A stretch of DNA of 64,000 nucleotides from Auanema rhodensis (lineage: Eukaryota; Animalia; Nematoda). The stretch lies in NCBI GenBank assembly GCA_964057225.1, contig OZ059900.1, forward strand, positions 25,296,001-25,360,000, written 5' to 3'. The position numbers were made by a program, and so were the translations under genes. Below are positions 1 to 10,390 of this stretch, one piece after another. The notes beneath the pieces are model-generated. The model was given only the letters and a program-made list of their open reading frames with translations, did not search any database and was not told the DNA's origin. Position 1 is the stretch's first letter; every line of letters starts with the position of its first letter.

Positions 1-342
1 TGCATTTGACGACTCATATGAACAAAAATCGATTTAATCAATATTAGCCATAAGGGGCGTGCCCTCAGAATATGCTAATTTCCTTAATTTTCTAACCCCT
101 GTTTTTTTGTCGTGAAAGTGGAACTAGACGTTGTACGAACAATTTTGAGCTAGGTTTCATTGACATTGCATGAGTTTGAACACATGAAATCGTAAGTCAA
201 AACCTTGTTTACAGCGAAATTTCCAAAAACTGGTTTTCCAGCATAATAAAATATTTCTCATGGGAAAAACTGTGTTTTTGTATTTTTCTAGTGTTCAGCA
301 TGTAAAATGCTTTATTTTAATATGTAACACGCTGAAATTCGT
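1..342. repeat. Representative satellite monomer (arbitrary phase; monomer positions quoted elsewhere use this numbering)
   Basis: First full period. Hand count gives 114 G+C in this copy and about 116 in the majority type (57 C, 59 G), with 10 CpG dinucleotides. Confidence 0.97.
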
Positions 343-3300
343 TGCATTTGACGACTCATATGAACAAAAATCGATTTAATCAATATTAGCCATAAGGGGC
401 GTGCCCTCAGAATATGCTAATTTCCTTAATTTTCTAACCCCTGTTTTTTTGTCGTGAAAGTGGAACTAGACGTTGTACGAACAATTTTGAGCTAAGTTTC
501 ATTGACATTGCATGAGTTTGAACACATGAAATCGTAAGTCAAAACCTTGTTTACAGCGAAATTTCCAAAAACTGGTTTTCCAGCATAATAAAATATTTCT
601 CATGGGAAAAACTGTGTTTTTGTATTTTTCTAGTGTTCAGCATGTAAAATGCTTTATTTTAATATGTAACACGCTGAAATTCGTTGCATTTGACGACTCA
701 TATGAACAAAAATCGATTTAATCAATATTAGCCATAAGGGGCGTGCCCTCAGAATATGCTAATTTCCTTAATTTTCTAACCCCTGTTTTTTTGTCGTGAA
801 AGTGGAACTAGACGTTGTACGAACAATTTTGAGCTAAGTTTCATTGACATTGCATGAGTTTGAACACATGAAATCGTAAGTCAAAACCTTGTTTACAGCG
901 AAATTTCCAAAAACTGGTTTTCCAGCATAATAAAATATTTCTCATGAGAAATACTGTGTTTTTGTATTTTTTTAATGTTCAGCATGTGAAACGCTTCATT
1001 TTGATATGTAAAACGCTGAAATTCGTTGCATTTGACGACTCATATGAACAAAAATCGATTTAATCAATATTAGCCATAAGGGGCGTGCCCTCAGAATATG
1101 CTAATTTCCTTAATTTTCTAACCCCTGTTTTTTTGTCGTGAAAGTGGAACTAGACGTTGTACGAACAATTTTGAGCTAGGTTTCATTGACATTGCATGAG
1201 TTTGAACACATGAAATCGTAAGTCAAAACCTTGTTTACAGCGAAATTTCCAAAAACTGGTTTTCCAGCATAATAAAATATTTCTCATGGGAAAAACTGTG
1301 TTTTTGTATTTTTCTAGTGTTCAGCATGTAAAATGCTTTATTTTAATATGTAACACGCTGAAATTCGTTGCATTTGACGACTCATATGAACAAAAATCGA
1401 TTTAATCAATATTAGCCATAAGGGGCGTGCCCTCAGAATATGCTAATTTCCTTAATTTTCTAACCCCTGTTTTTTTGTCGTGAAAGTGGAACTAGACGTT
1501 GTACGAACAATTTTGAGCTAAGTTTCATTGACATTGCATGAGTTTGAACACATGAAATCGTAAGTCAAAACCTTGTTTACAGCGAAATTTCCAAAAACTG
1601 GTTTTCCAGCATAATAAAATATTTCTCATGAGAAATACTGTGTTTTTGTATTTTTTTAATGTTCAGCATGTGAAACGCTTCATTTTGATATGTAAAACGC
1701 TGAAATTCGTTGCATTTGACGACTCATATGAACAAAAATCGATTTAATCAATATTAGCCATAAGGGGCGTGCCCTCAGAATATGCTAATTTCCTTAATTT
1801 TCTAACCCCTGTTTTTTTGTCGTGAAAGTGGAACTAGACGTTGTACGAACAATTTTGAGCTAGGTTTCATTGACATTGCATGAGTTTGAACACATGAAAT
1901 CGTAAGTCAAAACCTTGTTTACAGCGAAATTTCCAAAAACTGGTTTTCCAGCATAATAAAATATTTCTCATGGGAAATACTGTGTTTTTGTATTTTTCTA
2001 GTGTTCAGCATGTAAAATGCTTCATTTTAGTATGTAACACGCTGAAATTCGTTGCATTTGACGACTCATGTGAACAAAAATCGATTTAATCAATATTAGC
2101 CATAAGGGGCGTGCCCTCAGAATATGCTAATTTCCTTAATTTTCTAACCCCTGTTTTTTTGTCGTGAAAGTGGAACTAGACGTTCTACGAACAATTTTGA
2201 GCTAGGTTTCATTGACATTGCATGAGTTTGAACACATGAAATCGTAAGTCAAAACCTTGTTTACAGCGAAATTTCCAAAAACTGGTTTTCCAGCATAATA
2301 AAATATTTCTTATGGGAAAAACTGTGTTTTTGTATTTTTCTAGTGTTCAGCATGTAAAATGCTTCATTTTAGTATGTAACACACTGAAATTTGTTGCATT
2401 TGACGACTCATATGAACAAAAATCGATTTAATCAATATTAGCCATAAGGGGCGTGCCCTCAGAATATGCTAATTTCCTTAATTTTCTAACCCCTGTTTTT
2501 TTGTCGTGAAAGTGGAACTAGACGTTGTACGAACAATTTTGAGCTAGGTTTCATTGACATTGCATGAGTTTGAACACATGAAATCGTAAGTCAAAACCTT
2601 GTTTACAGCGAAATTTCCAAAAACTGGTTTTCCAGCATAATAAAATATTTCTCATGGGAAATACTGTGTTTTTGTATTTTTCTAGTGTTCAGCATGTAAA
2701 ATGCTTCATTTTAGTATGTAACACGCTGAAATTCGTTGCATTTGACGACTCATGTGAACAAAAATCGATTTAATCAATATTAGCCATAAGGGGCGTGCCC
2801 TCAGAATATGCTAATTTCCTTAATTTTCTAACCCCTTTTTTTCTGTCGTGAAAGTGGAACTAGACGATGTACGAACAATTTTGAGCTAGGTTTCATTGAC
2901 ATTGCATGAGTTTGAACACATGAAATCGTAAGTCAAAACCTTGTTTACAGCGAAATTTCCAAAAACTGGTTTTCCAGCATAATAAAATATTTCTTATGGG
3001 AAAAACTGTGTTTTTGTATTTTTCTAGTGTTCAGCATGTAAAATGCTTCATTTTAGTATGTAACACACTGAAATTTGTTGCATTTGACGACTCATATGAA
3101 CAAAAATCGATTTAATCAATATTAGCCATAAGGGGCGTGCCCTCAGAATATGCTAATTTCCTTAATTTTCTAACCCCTGTTTTTTTGTCGTGAAAGTGGA
3201 ACTAGACGTTGTACGAACAATTTTGAGCTAGGTTTCATTGACATTGCATGAGTTTGAACACATGAAATCGTAAGTCAAAACCTTGTTTACAGCGAAATTT

Positions 3301-6300
3301 CCAAAAACTGGTTTTCCAGCATAATAAAATATTTCTCATGGGAAATACTGTGTTTTTGTATTTTTCTAGTGTTCAGCATGTAAAATGCTTCATTTTAGTA
3401 TGTAACACGCTGAAATTCGTTGCATTTGACGACTCATATGAACAAAAATTGATTTAATCAATATTAGCCATAAGGGGCGTGCCCTCAGAATATGCTAATT
3501 TCCTTAATTTTCTAACCCCTTTTTTTCTGTCGTGAAAGTGGAACTAGACGATGTACGAACAATTTTGAGCTAGGTTTCATTGACATTGCATGAGTTTGAA
3601 CACATGAAATCGTAAGTCAAAACCTTGTTTACAGCGAAATTTCCAAAAACTGGTTTTCCAGCATAATAAAATATTTCTCATGGGAAATACTGTGTTTTTG
3701 TATTTTTCTAGTGTTCAGCATGTAAAATGCTTCATTTTAGTATGTAACACGCTGAAATTCGTTGCATTTGACGACTCATATGAACAAAAATCGATTTAAT
3801 CAATATTAGCCATAAGGGGCGTGCCCTCAGAATATGCTAATTTCCTTAATTTTCTAACCCCTGTTTTTTTGTCGTGAAAGTGGAACTAGACGTTGTACGA
3901 ACAATTTTGAGCTAGGTTTCATTGACATTGCATGAGTTTGAACACATGAAATCGTAAGTCAAAACCTTGTTTACAGCGAAATTTCCAAAAACTGGTTTTC
4001 CAGCATAATAAAATATTTCTCATGGGAAATACTGTGTTTTTGTATTTTTTTAATGTTCAGCATGTAAAACGCTTCATTTTGATATGTAAAACGCTGAAAT
4101 TCGTTGCATTTGACGACTCATATGAACAAAAATCGATTTAATCAATATTAGCCATAAGGGGCGTGCCCTCAGAATATGCTAATTTCCTTAATTTTCTAAC
4201 CCCTGTTTTTTTGTCGTGAAAGTGGAACTAGACGTTGTACGAACAATTTTGAGCTAGGTTTCATTGACATTGCATGAGTTTGAACACATGAAATCGTAAG
4301 TCAAAACCTTGTTTACAGCGAAATTTCCAAAAACTGGTTTTCCAGCATAATAAAATATTTCTCATGGGAAAAACTGTGTTTTTGTATTTTTCTAGTGTTC
4401 AGCATGTAAAATGCTTTATTTTAATATGTAACACGCTGAAATTCGTTGCATTTGACGACTCATATGAACAAAAATCGATTTAATCAATATTAGCCATAAG
4501 GGGCGTGCCCTCAGAATATGCTAATTTCCTTAATTTTCTAACCCCTGTTTTTTTGTCGTGAAAGTGGAACTAGACGTTGTACGAACAATTTTGAGCTAAG
4601 TTTCATTGACATTGCATGAGTTTGAACACATGAAATCGTAAGTCAAAACCTTGTTTACAGCGAAATTTCCAAAAACTGGTTTTCCAGCATAATAAAATAT
4701 TTCTCATGGGAAAAACTGTGTTTTTGTATTTTTCTAGTGTTCAGCATGTAAAATGCTTTATTTTAATATGTAACACGCTGAAATTCGTTGCATTTGACGA
4801 CTCATATGAACAAAAATCGATTTAATCAATATTAGCCATAAGGGGCGTGCCCTCAGAATATGCTAATTTCCTTAATTTTCTAACCCCTGTTTTTTTGTCG
4901 TGAAAGTGGAACTAGACGTTGTACGAACAATTTTGAGCTAAGTTTCATTGACATTGCATGAGTTTGAACACATGAAATCGTAAGTCAAAACCTTGTTTAC
5001 AGCGAAATTTCCAAAAACTGGTTTTCCAGCATAATAAAATATTTCTCATGAGAAATACTGTGTTTTTGTATTTTTTTAATGTTCAGCATGTGAAACGCTT
5101 CATTTTGATATGTAAAACGCTGAAATTCGTTGCATTTGACGACTCATATGAACAAAAATCGATTTAATCAATATTAGCCATAAGGGGCGTGCCCTCAGAA
5201 TATGCTAATTTCCTTAATTTTCTAACCCCTGTTTTTTTGTCGTGAAAGTGGAACTAGACGTTGTACGAACAATTTTGAGCTAGGTTTCATTGACATTGCA
5301 TGAGTTTGAACACATGAAATCGTAAGTCAAAACCTTGTTTACAGCGAAATTTCCAAAAACTGGTTTTCCAGCATAATAAAATATTTCTCATGGGAAAAAC
5401 TGTGTTTTTGTATTTTTCTAGTGTTCAGCATGTAAAATGCTTTATTTTAATATGTAACACGCTGAAATTCGTTGCATTTGACGACTCATATGAACAAAAA
5501 TCGATTTAATCAATATTAGCCATAAGGGGCGTGCCCTCAGAATATGCTAATTTCCTTAATTTTCTAACCCCTGTTTTTTTGTCGTGAAAGTGGAACTAGA
5601 CGTTGTACGAACAATTTTGAGCTAAGTTTCATTGACATTGCATGAGTTTGAACACATGAAATCGTAAGTCAAAACCTTGTTTACAGCGAAATTTCCAAAA
5701 ACTGGTTTTCCAGCATAATAAAATATTTCTCATGAGAAATACTGTGTTTTTGTATTTTTTTAATGTTCAGCATGTGAAACGCTTCATTTTGATATGTAAA
5801 ACGCTGAAATTCGTTGCATTTGACGACTCATATGAACAAAAATCGATTTAATCAATATTAGCCATAAGGGGCGTGCCCTCAGAATATGCTAATTTCCTTA
5901 ATTTTCTAACCCCTGTTTTTTTGTCGTGAAAGTGGAACTAGACGTTGTACGAACAATTTTGAGCTAGGTTTCATTGACATTGCATGAGTTTGAACACATG
6001 AAATCGTAAGTCAAAACCTTGTTTACAGCGAAATTTCCAAAAACTGGTTTTCCAGCATAATAAAATATTTCTCATGGGAAATACTGTGTTTTTGTATTTT
6101 TCTAGTGTTCAGCATGTAAAATGCTTCATTTTAGTATGTAACACGCTGAAATTCGTTGCATTTGACGACTCATGTGAACAAAAATCGATTTAATCAATAT
6201 TAGCCATAAGGGGCGTGCCCTCAGAATATGCTAATTTCCTTAATTTTCTAACCCCTGTTTTTTTGTCGTGAAAGTGGAACTAGACGTTCTACGAACAATT

Positions 6301-8153
6301 TTGAGCTAGGTTTCATTGACATTGCATGAGTTTGAACACATGAAATCGTAAGTCAAAACCTTGTTTACAGCGAAATTTCCAAAAACTGGTTTTCCAGCAT
6401 AATAAAATATTTCTTATGGGAAAAACTGTGTTTTTGTATTTTTCTAGTGTTCAGCATGTAAAATGCTTCATTTTAGTATGTAACACACTGAAATTTGTTG
6501 CATTTGACGACTCATATGAACAAAAATCGATTTAATCAATATTAGCCATAAGGGGCGTGCCCTCAGAATATGCTAATTTCCTTAATTTTCTAACCCCTGT
6601 TTTTTTGTCGTGAAAGTGGAACTAGACGTTGTACGAACAATTTTGAGCTAGGTTTCATTGACATTGCATGAGTTTGAACACATGAAATCGTAAGTCAAAA
6701 CCTTGTTTACAGCGAAATTTCCAAAAACTGGTTTTCCAGCATAATAAAATATTTCTCATGGGAAATACTGTGTTTTTGTATTTTTCTAGTGTTCAGCATG
6801 TAAAATGCTTCATTTTAGTATGTAACACGCTGAAATTCGTTGCATTTGACGACTCATGTGAACAAAAATCGATTTAATCAATATTAGCCATAAGGGGCGT
6901 GCCCTCAGAATATGCTAATTTCCTTAATTTTCTAACCCCTTTTTTTCTGTCGTGAAAGTGGAACTAGACGATGTACGAACAATTTTGAGCTAGGTTTCAT
7001 TGACATTGCATGAGTTTGAACACATGAAATCGTAAGTCAAAACCTTGTTTACAGCGAAATTTCCAAAAACTGGTTTTCCAGCATAATAAAATATTTCTTA
7101 TGGGAAAAACTGTGTTTTTGTATTTTTCTAGTGTTCAGCATGTAAAATGCTTCATTTTAGTATGTAACACACTGAAATTTGTTGCATTTGACGACTCATA
7201 TGAACAAAAATCGATTTAATCAATATTAGCCATAAGGGGCGTGCCCTCAGAATATGCTAATTTCCTTAATTTTCTAACCCCTGTTTTTTTGTCGTGAAAG
7301 TGGAACTAGACGTTGTACGAACAATTTTGAGCTAGGTTTCATTGACATTGCATGAGTTTGAACACATGAAATCGTAAGTCAAAACCTTGTTTACAGCGAA
7401 ATTTCCAAAAACTGGTTTTCCAGCATAATAAAATATTTCTCATGGGAAATACTGTGTTTTTGTATTTTTCTAGTGTTCAGCATGTAAAATGCTTCATTTT
7501 AGTATGTAACACGCTGAAATTCGTTGCATTTGACGACTCATATGAACAAAAATTGATTTAATCAATATTAGCCATAAGGGGCGTGCCCTCAGAATATGCT
7601 AATTTCCTTAATTTTCTAACCCCTTTTTTTCTGTCGTGAAAGTGGAACTAGACGATGTACGAACAATTTTGAGCTAGGTTTCATTGACATTGCATGAGTT
7701 TGAACACATGAAATCGTAAGTCAAAACCTTGTTTACAGCGAAATTTCCAAAAACTGGTTTTCCAGCATAATAAAATATTTCTCATGGGAAATACTGTGTT
7801 TTTGTATTTTTCTAGTGTTCAGCATGTAAAATGCTTCATTTTAGTATGTAACACGCTGAAATTCGTTGCATTTGACGACTCATATGAACAAAAATCGATT
7901 TAATCAATATTAGCCATAAGGGGCGTGCCCTCAGAATATGCTAATTTCCTTAATTTTCTAACCCCTGTTTTTTTGTCGTGAAAGTGGAACTAGACGTTGT
8001 ACGAACAATTTTGAGCTAGGTTTCATTGACATTGCATGAGTTTGAACACATGAAATCGTAAGTCAAAACCTTGTTTACAGCGAAATTTCCAAAAACTGGT
8101 TTTCCAGCATAATAAAATATTTCTCATGGGAAATACTGTGTTTTTGTATTTTT
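1..8153. repeat. 12-monomer (4104-bp) higher-order tandem duplication
   Basis: The order of diagnostic variants (GCTAAG, ATGAGAAAT, CATGTGAA, GTTCTACG, CTTATGGG, CCTTTTTTTCTG, AATTGATT) in 1-4049 is repeated at +4104. The first mismatch is 4050 vs 8154. Confidence 0.88.
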
Positions 8154-10390
8154 CTAGTGTTCAGCATGTAAAATGCTTCATTTTAGTATGTAACACGCTG
8201 AAATTCGTTGCATTTGACGACTCATATGAACAAAAATCGATTTAATCAATATTAGCCATAAGGGGCGTGCCCTCAGAATATGCTAATTTCCTAAATTTTC
8301 TAACCCCTGTTTTTTTGTCGTGAAAGTGGAACTAGACGTTGTACGAACAATTTTGAGCTAGGTTTCATTGACATTGCATGATTTGAACACATGAAATCGT
8401 AAGTCAAAACCTTGTTTACAGCGAAATTTCCAAAAACTGGTTTTCCAGCATAATAAAATATTTCTCATGGGAAATACTGTGTTTTTGTATTTTTCTAGTG
8501 TTCAGAATGTAGAATGCTTCATTTTAGTATGTAACACGCTGAAATTCGTTGCATTTGACGACTCATATGAACAAAAATCGATTTAATCAATATTAGCCAT
8601 AAGGGGCGTGCCCTCAGAATATGCTAATTTCCTTAATTTTCTAACCCCTGTTTTTTTGTCGTGAAAGTGGAACTAGACGTTGTACGAACAATTTTGAGCT
8701 AGGTTTCATTGACATTGCATGAGTTTGAACACATGAAATCGTAAGTCAAAACCTTGTTTACAGCGAAATTTCCAAAAACTGGTTTTCCAGCATAATAAAA
8801 TATGTCTCATGGGAAATACTGTGTTTTTGTATTTTTCTAGTGTTCAGCATGTAAAATGCTTCATTTTAGTATGTAACACGCTGAAATTCGTTGCATTTGA
8901 CGACTCATATGAACAAAAATCAATTTAATCAATATTAGCCATAAGGGGCGTGCCCTCAGAATATGCTAATTTCCTTAATTTTCTAACCCCTGTTTTTTTG
9001 TCGTGAAAGTGGAACTAGACGATGTACGAACAATTTTGAGCTAGGTTTCATTGACATTGCATGAGTTTGAACACATGAAATCGTAAGTCAAAACCTTGTT
9101 TACAGCGAAATTTCCAAAAACTGGTTTTCCAGCATAATAAAATATTTCTCATGGGAAAAACTGTGTTTTTGTATTTTTTTAGTGTTCAGCATGTAAAATG
9201 CTTTATTTTAGTATGTAACACGCTGAAATTCGTTGCAGTTGACGACTCATATGAACAAAAATTGATTTAATCAATATTAGCCATAAGGGGCGTGCCCTCA
9301 GAATATGCTAATTTCCTTAATCTTCTAACCCCTGTTTTTTTGTCGTGAAAGTGGAACTAGACGTTGTACGAACAAATTTGAGCTAGGTTTCATTGACATT
9401 GCATGAGTTTGAACACAAGAAATCGTAAGTCAAAACCTTGTTTACAGCGAAATTTCCAAAAACTGGTTTTCCAGCATAATAAAATATTTCTCATGGGAAA
9501 TACTGTGTTTTTGTATTTTTCTAGTGTTCAGCATGTAAAATGCTTCATTTTAGTATGTAACACGCTGAAATTCGTTGCATTTGACGACTCATGTGAACAA
9601 AAATCGATTTAATCAATATTAGCCATAAGGGGCGTGCCCTCAGAATATGCTAATTTCCTTAATTTTCTAACCCCTGTTTTTTTGTCGTGAAAGTGGAACT
9701 AGACGTTCTACGAACAATTTTGAGCTAGGTTTCATTGACATTGCATGAGTTTGAACACATGAAATCGTAAGTCAAAACCTTGTTTACAGCGAAATTTCCA
9801 AAAACTGGTTTTCCAGCATAATAAAATATTTCTTATGGGAAAAACTGTGTTTTTGTATTTTTCTAGTGTTCAGCATGTAAAATGCTTCATTTTAGTATGT
9901 AACACACTGAAATTTGTTGCATTTGACGACTCATATGAACAAAAATCGATTTAATCAATATTAGCCATAAGGGGCGTGCCCTCAGAATATGCTAATTTCC
10001 TTAATTTTCTAACCCCTGTTTTTTTGTCGTGAAAGTGGAACTAGACGTTGTACGAACAATTTTGAGCTAGGTTTCATTGACATTGCATGAGTTTGAACAC
10101 ATGAAATCGTAAGTCAAAACCTTGTTTACAGCGAAATTTCCAAAAACTGGTTTTCCAGCATAATAAAATATTTCTCATGGGAAATACTGTGTTTTTGTAT
10201 TTTTCTAGTGTTCAGCATGTAAAATGCTTCATTTTAGTATGTAACACGCTGAAATTCGTTGCATTTGACGACTCATATGAACAAAAATTGATTTAATCAA
10301 TATTAGCCATAAGGGGCGTGCCCTCAGAATATGCTAATTTCCTTAATTTTCTAACCCCTTTTTTTCTGTCGTGAAAGTGGAACTAGACGA

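Noticed and set aside
92-99. Telomere-like CTAACCC (reverse complement GGGTTAG)
   Set aside because: It is a single unit per monomer, not tandem, and compatible with chance.
54-108. GC hairpin plus T-run as an intrinsic bacterial terminator
   Set aside because: The stem is only 3-4 bp and lies about 37 bp from the T-run. There is no gene upstream and the context is not prokaryote-like.
1-342. Primate alpha-satellite dimer (2x171 bp); short words such as CTCAGAA, AAGTGGA and ACTAGAC resemble it
   Set aside because: The matches are short and, as far as I recall the alpha consensus, not collinear with it. Length coincidence is insufficient. An alignment would settle it.
1-342. Tandem RNA gene cluster (5S rRNA, tRNA, snRNA, spliced leader); the T7 run at 102-108 resembles a Pol III terminator
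   Set aside because: I see no recognisable 5S, tRNA or snRNA sequence or convincing A/B boxes. An Rfam/Infernal search would be needed to exclude it formally.
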